DNA of 64,000 nucleotides from Patescibacteria group bacterium (GCA_028717565.1 JAQUNP010000001.1:229996-293995); one strand, 5' to 3'; shown: positions 26,017 to 33,383, counted from the first letter of the stretch. The notes: generated by a model not told the origin, from the sequence alone. Numbers and translations are program-made.

Positions 26017-26104
26017 CAGACCCCTTAAAATTAATTGTATGCACTATTACAATCTGTAATCTAAAAAGTTACGACCCTTACAAGTTCTCGTATGTACATT
26101 GGCG

Positions 26105-26133
26105 AGTTTATAAAACCACTTCCCGCCTGTCAA
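26105..26133 (-). promoter_or_regulatory. promoter of the acidic-protein gene
   Basis: TTGACA(26133-26128)-17 nt-TAAACT(26110-26105). Confidence 0.55.
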
Positions 26134-26149
26134 TACATATATTCAAAAT

Positions 26150-26224
26150 TGGTAGCCCGTAGGGGAGTCGAACCCCTGTTTCAAGCTTGAAAAGCTTGCG
26201 TCCTAACCGTTAGACGAACGGGCC
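26150..26224 (-). tRNA. tRNA-Glu (anticodon UUC), CCA encoded
   Basis: GGCCCGTTCGTCTAACGGTTAGGAC... Anticodon arm CAAGC-TTTTCAA-GCTTG. T arm GGGGTTCGACTCCCC. G1-U72 wobble. Confidence 0.92.
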
Positions 26225-26265
26225 CTATGAGTCGACCGACTCTTCGGGCTCAAGACCTTAAGCCA

Positions 26266-26327
26266 GTGCAGTGGGATTTGAACCCTTGGTCAATTCTGCT
26301 AAATAGCAGAATGGCTGCTTAACTGCC
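26266..26327 (-). pseudogene. decayed tRNA-like fragment (T-arm-like GGGTTCAAATCCC, abnormal anticodon-like hairpin, no D arm)
   Basis: Minus strand GGCAGTTAAGCAGCCATTCTGCTATTTAGCAGAATTGACCAAGGGTTCAAATCCCACTGCAC. Only a 3-bp T stem and a 5/7 acceptor pairing. The anticodon-like hairpin has a 6-nt (or 8-nt) loop. Confidence 0.4.
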
Positions 26328-26331
26328 AGGG

Positions 26332-26403
26332 TGGGCGCAGAAGGATTCGAACCTTCGGCCAATCGCTTAAGAGGCGACTGCTCTACCGCTGAGCTATGCG
26401 CCC
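26332..26403 (-). tRNA. tRNA-Lys (anticodon CUU), 3' CCA not encoded (ACCC)
   Basis: GGGCGCATAGCTCAGCGGTAGAGCA; anticodon arm GTCGC-CTCTTAA-GCGAT; T arm GAAGGTTCGAATCCTTC; TGCGCCC-A. Flanks extend the acceptor helix by 8 bp. Confidence 0.92.
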
Positions 26404-26410
26404 ACCCTGA

Positions 26411-26445
26411 CTGTTAAGCCTTCCCACCGCTTTAGCTATGTGCCC
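26411..26445 (-). pseudogene. degenerate duplicate of the 5' half of tRNA-Lys(CUU)
   Basis: Minus strand GGGCACATAGCTAAAGCGGTGGGAAGGCTTAACAG aligns to GGGCGCATAGCTCAGCGGTAGAGCAGTCGCCTCTTAAGCG of the intact gene just downstream. Confidence 0.5.
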
Positions 26446-26459
26446 AGGTTGTTAATTAC

Positions 26460-26536
26460 TGGCGTCCCCGGGAGGACTCGAACCTCCGACCTTTGGTACC
26501 GGAAACCAACGCTCTAATCCGCTGAGCTACGGGGAC
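26460..26536 (-). tRNA. tRNA-Arg (anticodon CCG), CCA encoded
   Basis: GTCCCCGTAGCTCAGCGGATTAGAGC; anticodon arm TTGGT-TTCCGGT-ACCAA; T arm GGAGGTTCGAGTCCTCC; CGGGGAC-G-CCA. Confidence 0.92.
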
Positions 26537-26578
26537 ATTGTAGCGGTTTAATTCAAACAATGTCTAGGCCAAGCCTAC

Positions 26579-26654
26579 TGGGGTGGACGATGGGATTCGA
26601 ACCCACGACCGCTCGGACCACAACCGAGAGCTCTACCGCTGAGCTACGTCCACC
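26579..26654 (-). tRNA. tRNA-His (anticodon GUG) with encoded G-1, CCA encoded
   Basis: G-GTGGACGTAGCTCAGCGGTAGAGC; anticodon arm CTCGG-TTGTGGT-CCGAG; T arm GTGGGTTCGAATCCCAT; CGTCCAC-C-CCA. The extra 5' G opposite C73 is the His identity element. Confidence 0.93.
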
Positions 26655-26665
26655 ATGAAACATCT

Positions 26666-26741
26666 TGGCACCCCGGGCAGGACTCGAACCTGCGACGCTC
26701 GGTTTAGAAAACCGATGCTCTATCCACTGAGCTACCGGGGC
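26666..26741 (-). tRNA. tRNA-Arg (anticodon UCU), CCA encoded
   Basis: GCCCCGGTAGCTCAGTGGATAGAGC; anticodon arm TCGGT-TTTCTAA-ACCGA; T arm GCAGGTTCGAGTCCTGC; CCGGGGT-G-CCA. Confidence 0.92.
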
Positions 26742-26854
26742 AAACAGTAAAAGTAATTAGTTTAAGATACATCACCAATTTAGCACAAGCAATACAAAAA
26801 ATCCTTAAAGCGGCTAGATCGCATAGGGACACTGGCGAGCAACGAATTGTGTTC

Positions 26855-27244
26855 TTAGCAGAGAGGGGAGTGGGCCTGGTGACGTTTTAAGGCGGCGTCA
26901 ATTTCTGATTTAGTCATGACAAAGAACTGCAGAAAGCCGAGTTGCGAGACGGTCAAATGTTTAAAAATCTGTTTTGACTGATTTTCTACCCGGAGTTCTC
27001 GCCAGCTAGGGTAAAGTTCGTGTAAGAGTTCGTGTACCAGAGTAATCACGCGATCATTTATACCGATATTTTTGTTGATATAAATCCTGAGCTCATCTGG
27101 AGCAATGTAGCCCTTGGCTTCACGAAATCTAACATATTCGCCCTTGGCCACAACCATTTTGGCACTTAAAACCACCTCATAACCAGAGTGGAGGAGGGCA
27201 TCTTTAATCTTTTCGAAAATGTAGCGAGTTGCTTGTTTGGTCAC
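26855..27244 (-). CDS. hypothetical small HExxH protein (possible ImmA/IrrE- or SprT-like metallopeptidase fold)
   Basis: 129 aa, GTG start. Single HExxH (LVHELLHELYP). Own consensus promoter. Confidence 0.55.
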   Translation of the reverse strand: MTKQATRYIFEKIKDALLHSGYEVVLSAKMVVAKGEYVRFREAKGYIAPDELRIYINKNIGINDRVITLVHELLHELYPSWRELRVENQSKQIFKHLTVSQLGFLQFFVMTKSEIDAALKRHQAHSPLC

Positions 27245-27302
27245 TTCTTTTTGTTTTTATTTTGCGAGGGATGATGAGGGGAACTTCCCGACTCATTAGT
27301 AA

Positions 27303-27331
27303 ATTATATCACAAAAAAACCGGTGTGTCAA
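27303..27331 (-). promoter_or_regulatory. consensus promoter of the HExxH gene
   Basis: TTGACA(27331-27326)-17 nt-TATAAT(27308-27303). Confidence 0.65.
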
Positions 27332-27392
27332 GTACATAAAATTGGCTCCAGATATACCAAACTACCTTCTTAGGATAGAAAGGGCTGGGAGT

Positions 27393-27468
27393 TGGAGCGG
27401 GTAACGGGAATCGAACCCGTATCTTCTGCTTGGAAGGCAGATATAATAAGCCGTTATACTATACCCGC
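27393..27468 (-). tRNA. tRNA-Gly (anticodon UCC), CCA encoded
   Basis: GCGGGTATAGTATAACGGCTTATTATA; anticodon arm TCTGC-CTTCCAA-GCAGA; T arm ACGGGTTCGATTCCCGT; TACCCGC-T-CCA. D loop unusually long (11 nt). Confidence 0.9.
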
Positions 27469-27504
27469 AAGGGGAGCTTGTATGCTTATATTATGGCAAA
27501 GTCG

Positions 27505-27548
27505 CCTAAAACAAAACTCCCGTCATTCATGAGCAGGGGAGGAGTTTT
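27505..27548 (-). terminator. terminator of hup
   Basis: AAAACTCC ... GGAGTTTT 8-bp stem followed by GTTTT on the minus strand. Confidence 0.55.
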
Positions 27549-27563
27549 GTCGTAATATTAAAT

Positions 27564-27836
27564 CTACTTAATTAAAGCGCGCAATTCTTTGCCGGCTTTG
27601 AAACGAGGAACTTTAGTGGCAGGAATAACAATCGGTTCGCCGGTCTGTGGATTGACACCATTGCGGGCAGCCCGAGAGCTGACGGAAAAAGTGCCGAAGC
27701 CGGTAATAGTTACCTTCTTGTTTTCTACCAAGTTCTTCTTTACGGATTCAATAAACAAATCAATCACGTTATTGGCCGATTTCTTCGAAAGGTTGGCCTT
27801 GTTCGCGATCATCTCGATAAGTTGAGATTTGTTCAT
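27564..27836 (-). CDS. hup: DNA-binding protein HU
   Basis: MNKSQLIEMIANKANLSKK...GFGTFSVSSRAARNGVNPQTGEPIVIPATKVPRFKAGKELR. GGAGGTG SD before ATG 27836. Confidence 0.93.
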   Translation of the reverse strand: MNKSQLIEMIANKANLSKKSANNVIDLFIESVKKNLVENKKVTITGFGTFSVSSRAARNGVNPQTGEPIVIPATKVPRFKAGKELRALIK

Positions 27837-27928
27837 TTTCACCTCCATACAAGTGATTAATATAAGCTAGTGCTATTGTATATGATTATATTTTTCTGTC
27901 AAACTTTTTCTTCTCTAGCAAAGGATTT

Positions 27929-28321
27929 TTATCTTCCTCGGGCTAACCAGTTCTCAAGTATAACGGCGGCAGAGACCGCATCAATATCGGCCCGCGTATG
28001 CTCGACCATCCGGAGACGGTGGGCAGCTGTATGGCTGGTTAGGCGCTCATCCTCTAGGATAACGGGGAGGTCCAGCTTGGTTTTTATCTTCTCAACCACT
28101 TCTTTGACACGAGAAGCTTGCTCTCCCTCGTGCCCCGCTAAAGTGAGTGGTAAACCGACTATCAGCTTTTTAATATCATGCTGTGAAACGAGTTTTTTGA
28201 GCTCATTAACAAACAGCCGGTTATGCCTCAGGGTCAAAAGAGGGGAGGGAATATCAACCTGCGTATCAACAATCGCTACCCCAATGCGCCGGTCGCCAAT
28301 ATCTAGTCCTAGTATTTTCAT
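27929..28321 (-). CDS. ruvX: Holliday junction resolvase-like / pre-16S rRNA nuclease RuvX (YqgF)
   Basis: MKILGLDIGDRRIGVAI start; 130 aa. Confidence 0.9.
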   Translation of the reverse strand: MKILGLDIGDRRIGVAIVDTQVDIPSPLLTLRHNRLFVNELKKLVSQHDIKKLIVGLPLTLAGHEGEQASRVKEVVEKIKTKLDLPVILEDERLTSHTAAHRLRMVEHTRADIDAVSAAVILENWLARGR

Positions 28322-29958
28322 TACTCGCCCAAGTAGATGACTTGGATACGGATATTATTCAACAACATCGGCATCCGAGTCAAAAAAGTTGGCACAATCT
28401 CAACCGAGCCAGTTGTGATATTAGCATCAGATTGTAACTGCTCGACGGCCTTGGCCACGGGTTGGTTGGCTAAGCTTTGGCGGATTGATTCAATATCCAG
28501 CTGCGGACCAACCCGGCCATCCAATTTAACAGCCAGTTGAATTTCTCTGGTCAAAAAATTGCTTTCTAAGACCTCGACTGTAGCGTTGGCAACGGTTTGC
28601 TGGGTAACTTGTTTACCCTCTGGCACCTCAAAAACGGCGGCATTAGAAATGGCCTCGTTAATGCTTTTGCGCCCGACGACAATAACCCAACTCCGCGACT
28701 GTACCCTGACCTCGAATTCATCACGTTTAGCCCCGGCCGTGGCGCTCGGCACAGCGTCAATCACATCATTTTGAATCAAAAATGGCAGGACTTCTTCGCC
28801 ACGCTTCAGCTGGTTATTGATTTCACCTTCGGCGGCCACGAAAATATTTTTTGTAGCTTCTTCCTTGGCTTGGTTGATATCGTCTTCGGATACCACCTTG
28901 ATAATGTCGTCAGTCCCACCGGCAAAAGTTCCGACTACTTCGCCGTAGACCAGATCAATTCCGGTGTCTCCCAAACCAGGAACAGTCAATTTGGTTGGGG
29001 CGGACACATTGTAAGCCGTGCCGCCGCCATCCGAGGTGGCCGATACCACAGCTGTACCCGGGCTACCAGACCGAGCTGGGCTTACCAACACTTCCTCATT
29101 GATTCGAAAGATTAGACCAGCTGATGACTCAAAGCGAGTATTCTTTACGATACCCTGGATGACATTGGTGTGGTTGACAATTCGGATTTGTCCGCTAGAT
29201 TTTTCGCCTCGGTTCTCTTCACCAGTGGCCTTAAATGAGCTGACATCTTCTCGGGTCACTTCGAGAAATCTACCCGTTAAAACATTTGGGCCAGCTGCAC
29301 GTAAATCCTGTTCGTCCGCTAGAGTAATAGTGAACTGTTTGGCGAATGGTTCTGATTGTACTTCTATGTCAACGAAGGCCTTGGGCGCCACAAAAAAAGA
29401 AACGGCGCCAACCAAGATGAGACCCATGAGAATAAACCCGAACAAAATTTGATGATGTCGTTGAATCTTAAAGTTTTTGATGAGGTGCCAATCCCAACGC
29501 ATAGCTGCACGTAACTTTTTGGTTCGTTGCGATGGCATTTCTAGAGCCAGATCGTCAGTTTGTGGCAGGGGATCGGCTAATTTTTTGTAGCGCACAACCG
29601 GAATCTCGCCACCAGCATCAAAACTGGATATATTATCCTGATAAGACGAGGTTTTCGGGGCTGAGGGAAGAGTAGGAGTGGCAACAGCCGCAGTCGGCGC
29701 CTCGCCCAGCTGATCTAAGAGCTTGAGGCCCACCTGACTGGCAAAATTCTTCGCGATTTCATCTTGGGTAATAATGCTCAAAACTAATTTTAGAGCATCT
29801 GCTTGTTGTTTAATTACTTTAAAATTAATCGGACTGTGTGCAATAACTGCCCGTTTCGGGATGACGAGAACCACGTGATCTTGTTTGGCGCCCCTTAGAC
29901 GCGTGACCACCTCGGCTATTCCATCGCCAATATCTAAATAGATGAGTTGCTCGGCCAT
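28321..29958 (-). CDS. hypothetical bitopic membrane protein (545 aa): ~170-aa cytoplasmic N-domain, one TM, ~350-aa external domain
   Basis: ORF track. TM ILFGFILMGLILVGAVSFFVAP. Start abuts the stop of the FtsA-like gene. No family recognised with confidence. Confidence 0.7.
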   Translation of the reverse strand: MAEQLIYLDIGDGIAEVVTRLRGAKQDHVVLVIPKRAVIAHSPINFKVIKQQADALKLVLSIITQDEIAKNFASQVGLKLLDQLGEAPTAAVATPTLPSAPKTSSYQDNISSFDAGGEIPVVRYKKLADPLPQTDDLALEMPSQRTKKLRAAMRWDWHLIKNFKIQRHHQILFGFILMGLILVGAVSFFVAPKAFVDIEVQSEPFAKQFTITLADEQDLRAAGPNVLTGRFLEVTREDVSSFKATGEENRGEKSSGQIRIVNHTNVIQGIVKNTRFESSAGLIFRINEEVLVSPARSGSPGTAVVSATSDGGGTAYNVSAPTKLTVPGLGDTGIDLVYGEVVGTFAGGTDDIIKVVSEDDINQAKEEATKNIFVAAEGEINNQLKRGEEVLPFLIQNDVIDAVPSATAGAKRDEFEVRVQSRSWVIVVGRKSINEAISNAAVFEVPEGKQVTQQTVANATVEVLESNFLTREIQLAVKLDGRVGPQLDIESIRQSLANQPVAKAVEQLQSDANITTGSVEIVPTFLTRMPMLLNNIRIQVIYLGE

Positions 29959-31221
29959 TTATTCCCTCATGGATCTTACTATGCTTTGTAGAGTATTAGT
30001 GACTACATCCTGTTCGCTAGTTAAATCCAAGGACAGCTTGGCTAAACACAGCGGCGGCGTATCTTGCGTTTCTAAATCCAACTCTTCGAGATTGGCCACT
30101 CCCCACATATCGGTAGGTTTGATGAGGTAGGGGAATGGTTTTTTCAAAAATGGCAGCTGTTCGGTCCAGGCCTTGGTTAGTAACACCCGCTTGAGTTCTG
30201 GCAGAGGCGCAGAGCCACCGGTTAGATATATCTTGGAGGGGAGAATTTTTAAGTCGGGAAACTCACTTAAGGCAACCTGTACCCCTGCCAGCCAGAGCTG
30301 GGCTTCCTCTAGCAGTTCGGCTGTGAGTTTGGCAGTAGTCCGCTTATCGAGCTTACCTGAAACATATTCTAATTTAGTATCTTCACTTTTCTCTAAGCTT
30401 TTGCCGGTCAGGTTTTGTATCCGTTTGGTAAAGGCCTCGCCGCCAAAGGCAAAACTTTGGATACCTTCGACGCTGCCATTTTTAACTACTACAACGTCAG
30501 TAGTTGTGCCTCCTATATCTATAAAAATGGCATCGCGTTTATCGTCTTCCTCCGCCAGCAAGTTCGGATTCACAAAAACTTTTGAGATGCTATAAGGCAA
30601 TGCTGCAATGCTGACGATATCTAGGCCCAACTCTTTGGCGACATTCTGCAGGATGCTGGTGTAGAGTAGGGGGACATAGGCGTTGAAAATCGTTAAGCTG
30701 AGACGTTTGCCTTGGAATCCTACTGGATTTTCTATGCGATAACCATCGAGTTGGACATCGACTACCGAAGCATGAATTAATTCAATATCAGGATGGTCAT
30801 CTAAAAACTTTTCCTGCAAACTGGTACGTAACTTTTCGGATGAGCGCTGTTGGATTTTGTAGATAATATTTTTTAATTCCGCATGTTCCAGAGGTTGCTC
30901 CGGATGCGCTCGATCATAGTGCACTGTAGTGGTAACCCCCTCGATGAGTTGTCCATTCACACCAAAGATGGTTTGGCGGCAGGCCTCGCCACTATCTTCC
31001 CAGACGGCTTCAACAGTTTCTTTACAGGCCAAGATAACATCGTGCAAATTGGCTACCATGGCCCCTTTCATGCTGTTTGGCTCATGCTGTCTGACAGCAC
31101 TAGAGACGACTCTAACTTGGTTGTTATCAATGTAATATAAAACCGCTTTCACAAAAGAGGTGCCGATGTCTAGAACCAGCAAGTGCTCTGGTTTTGTTTG
31201 TTTGGTTAACCCCCAGACCAT
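29959..31221 (-). CDS. FtsA/PilM-like actin-fold ATPase
   Basis: 420 aa; phosphate-1 LVLDIGTSFVKAV and phosphate-2/adenosine FIDIGGTTTDVVVV motifs. Confidence 0.8.
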   Translation of the reverse strand: MVWGLTKQTKPEHLLVLDIGTSFVKAVLYYIDNNQVRVVSSAVRQHEPNSMKGAMVANLHDVILACKETVEAVWEDSGEACRQTIFGVNGQLIEGVTTTVHYDRAHPEQPLEHAELKNIIYKIQQRSSEKLRTSLQEKFLDDHPDIELIHASVVDVQLDGYRIENPVGFQGKRLSLTIFNAYVPLLYTSILQNVAKELGLDIVSIAALPYSISKVFVNPNLLAEEDDKRDAIFIDIGGTTTDVVVVKNGSVEGIQSFAFGGEAFTKRIQNLTGKSLEKSEDTKLEYVSGKLDKRTTAKLTAELLEEAQLWLAGVQVALSEFPDLKILPSKIYLTGGSAPLPELKRVLLTKAWTEQLPFLKKPFPYLIKPTDMWGVANLEELDLETQDTPPLCLAKLSLDLTSEQDVVTNTLQSIVRSMRE

Positions 31222-31224
31222 AAA

Positions 31225-32943
31225 TTATTCTAAAACGGCTTTTATACGCCTGATGCCAGCGGAACTGCTCTGTTCTTTGATGATTTTAAAAGTTCCCAGT
31301 TGGCTACTATCCGCCACATGTGGCCCGCCACAAAGTTCCTGACTAATGACCTCACCGCTGTTTCCATTATATATGGTGTAGACGTCGACCATATCGGGAT
31401 ACTTCTCTTTGAAAAAGGCATAAGCCCCTTTGGCGATGGCTTCATCATAGGGCAAAGTGTCCTTTGTTACTTGAAAGCCACAGCGGATTTTATCATTCAC
31501 CCAATCTTCTACTGATTTGATCTCGGCGTCAGTTAGTTTCCGTTCGAAGTTAAAATCAAACCGTGCTCGCTCAGGGTTAATATCTGAACCGGCCTGGTGA
31601 ATATCTTCACCCAGAATGGTTTTTAGGGCTTTATGTAGCAAGTGAGTAGCGGTGTGCAAACGGGTGATTTTCGCTGTATCGGCCTCGCTGATAGTAGCAC
31701 CAGCTGCCAGTCCATGACCGCCGAACTTGGCCTCTACTCCAGCCCGCGAGATAGCTTGGTGCTTGGCAAAGGCAGTATCAAAACCTTTTTCATCCACAGT
31801 GGCTTTTTCCTTTATAAAATCGATGGGCAAACCATAGGTAGAAAAAAGCATAAATGCAGTTTCGCCGTCTAGCCGAGAGGTTTTGGTTAATAACTTATTA
31901 AGTTCATTTTCACCGGCATCAAGAGTCCGAGAGAATTTGTCGGCCTCCTCGCGAGCGAATTGTTTGATATGATCCTGTTCTTGCAGCAGCTCTGGGTATA
32001 CCGAGCCAAAAATCTCAATGACTTTGTCTATTAGATCCTCTAGAGCTACGCCGCTATTCCGCAAATGGATGAGCAAACGACGGAGTATCCGACGTAGGAC
32101 ATAACCCTCTTCCTTGTTTGATGGCCGAACATGATCAGCCATTAAAAAGACCGTGCCACGAATATGGTCGGCGATTATACGCTGGGATTTTTCCGGCAAA
32201 GCCGATAACATCCCAATCAGCGGGGATAACACGTCGGTTTCAAAAAGATGAGTCATCTTATTGACCGCCACCAACAATCTTTCAAAACCCGTTCCCATGT
32301 CCACGCCCAGGCCAGTTGGTGAAGGAGTTAGAGACTGATCGGGATGGCAGTAAAATTCATTAAATACAGAATTCCAAACCTCCACCCCATCGACATAAAA
32401 CTCTACGTTAGGACCACATGGCCCCTCGTCCCCAGTTGGACCCCAAAAATTATCAGAATCGGGATGGGCACTGATTTGAGTTAGCCCCGAGAGCCCTTCT
32501 AGAGCCGCCTGGGACTCGGTATCTGCGCTAGTGCCTACACGGTTGCCGTTATAGTAAGTAGCCGAAATCCGTGTTGGGTCGATGCCCATCCATTGCGTGT
32601 CTGTTAAAAACTCCCAGGCCAAATCGATAGCTTCTTTTTTGCTCACAGCATTTCCAAAGGCGAAGTGGCCCAACATTTCAAAAAATGTCAGATGGGTGTT
32701 ATCGCCCACATCATCAATATCCGCAGTGCGAAAACACTTCTGAATCGATACAGTCTTGTCAGAGTGAAAGTCACGTTGCACGTCTTTTACCCCAACAAAA
32801 TATGGTTTGAACTGCTGCATACCAGCTACGGTGAATAACACCGAAGGGTCATCTTTAGGAAGTAGGGGAGCGGAAGCTACCCAAACGTGGCCTCGGCTTT
32901 CAAAAAACTGCTTGAATTTGGCTCTTAGCTCGGTATGTTTCAT
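31225..32943 (-). CDS. alaS: alanine--tRNA ligase, short form (572 aa; editing-domain HxxxH present, no C-Ala/DHHA1 tail)
   Basis: MKHTELRAKFKQFFESRGH...FTVAGMQQFKPYF; VDMGTGFERL; HTATHLLHKAL; ends at ...SSAGIRRIKAVLE. Confidence 0.95.
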   Translation of the reverse strand: MKHTELRAKFKQFFESRGHVWVASAPLLPKDDPSVLFTVAGMQQFKPYFVGVKDVQRDFHSDKTVSIQKCFRTADIDDVGDNTHLTFFEMLGHFAFGNAVSKKEAIDLAWEFLTDTQWMGIDPTRISATYYNGNRVGTSADTESQAALEGLSGLTQISAHPDSDNFWGPTGDEGPCGPNVEFYVDGVEVWNSVFNEFYCHPDQSLTPSPTGLGVDMGTGFERLLVAVNKMTHLFETDVLSPLIGMLSALPEKSQRIIADHIRGTVFLMADHVRPSNKEEGYVLRRILRRLLIHLRNSGVALEDLIDKVIEIFGSVYPELLQEQDHIKQFAREEADKFSRTLDAGENELNKLLTKTSRLDGETAFMLFSTYGLPIDFIKEKATVDEKGFDTAFAKHQAISRAGVEAKFGGHGLAAGATISEADTAKITRLHTATHLLHKALKTILGEDIHQAGSDINPERARFDFNFERKLTDAEIKSVEDWVNDKIRCGFQVTKDTLPYDEAIAKGAYAFFKEKYPDMVDVYTIYNGNSGEVISQELCGGPHVADSSQLGTFKIIKEQSSSAGIRRIKAVLE

Positions 32944-32951
32944 ACCCTAAT

Positions 32952-32990
32952 AGTATACTGGGAGGAAGCATTTCTTGAAAGCTCCCAGAG
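32952..32990 (-). promoter_or_regulatory. alaS leaderless promoter bracketed by a 7-bp inverted repeat
   Basis: Minus strand CTCTGGGAGC-TTTCAAG...CTCCCAG-TATACT-8 nt-ATG. CTGGGAG and CTCCCAG are separated by 17 nt. Confidence 0.5.
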
Positions 32991-33000
32991 ATTGGGCACA

Positions 33001-33035
33001 AAAAACACGCCAGAATAAGTCGCGACGTGTTTTTT
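33001..33035 (-). terminator. terminator of the basic-repeat gene
   Basis: Minus strand AAAACACG-...-CGTGTTTTTTG. Confidence 0.55.
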
Positions 33036-33045
33036 GGCATAAGGT

Positions 33046-33297
33046 CTACTTCTTTTTGCGAGCCGTGGTCTTACGACGACGGGTCGTAGTGCGTTTCTTG
33101 GTCGTAGTCCGCTTGCGAGTTGTAGTCCGCTTCTTGGCAGTAGACTTCCGACGGGTTGTTGTCCGCTTCTTGGCAGTAGACTTCCGGCGAGTTGTTGTCC
33201 GCTTCTTAGCGGTTGTCTTCCGACGGGTTGTCTTCTTGCGAGTAGCGGGTTTACGCTTTGCGGTTGTCCGCTTCTTGCGTATCATGCTGACCCCCAT
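33046..33297 (-). CDS. hypothetical poly-basic repeat protein (K/R/T-rich, histone H1-like composition)
   Basis: MGVSMIRKKRTTAKRK...; 12-aa repeat KKRTTTRRKSTA encoded by 36-bp tandem DNA repeats. Start uncertain (ATG 33297 or 33285; the track uses TTG 33321). Confidence 0.6.
   Translation of the reverse strand: MGVSMIRKKRTTAKRKPATRKKTTRRKTTAKKRTTTRRKSTAKKRTTTRRKSTAKKRTTTRKRTTTKKRTTTRRRKTTARKKK
33125..33196. repeat. 36-bp tandem repeat x2 (34/36 identical) with degenerate flanking copies
   Basis: GTCCGCTTCTTGGCAGTAGACTTCCGACGGGTTGTT (33125-33160) vs GTCCGCTTCTTGGCAGTAGACTTCCGGCGAGTTGTT (33161-33196). Confidence 0.9.
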
Positions 33298-33383
33298 GTT
33301 TTTAATAATATATAAAAACAAAAAATGAAAATGTTTTTACATTTAAATTATAGATTATTTTTTACAATAAAAAATAAAAAATA

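Noticed and set aside
25802-26059. 85-aa Ser-rich plus-strand ORF overlapping the poly-acidic gene
   Set aside because: The promoter, SD and terminator are all on the minus strand. The Ser-rich frame is the complement of GAT/GAC-rich coding sequence.
33060-33260. Tandem 36-bp repeats considered as a possible CRISPR array
   Set aside because: The repeats are contiguous with no spacers, lie inside an open reading frame and are in phase with a 12-aa protein repeat. No cas genes are present anywhere in the window.
32975-33328. 117-aa Arg/Val-repeat plus-strand ORF overlapping the poly-basic gene
   Set aside because: It is the mirror frame of the K/R/T repeat gene. The terminator (33001-33035) and the AT-rich upstream region fit the minus-strand gene. 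Some ambiguity remains and is noted in the finding.
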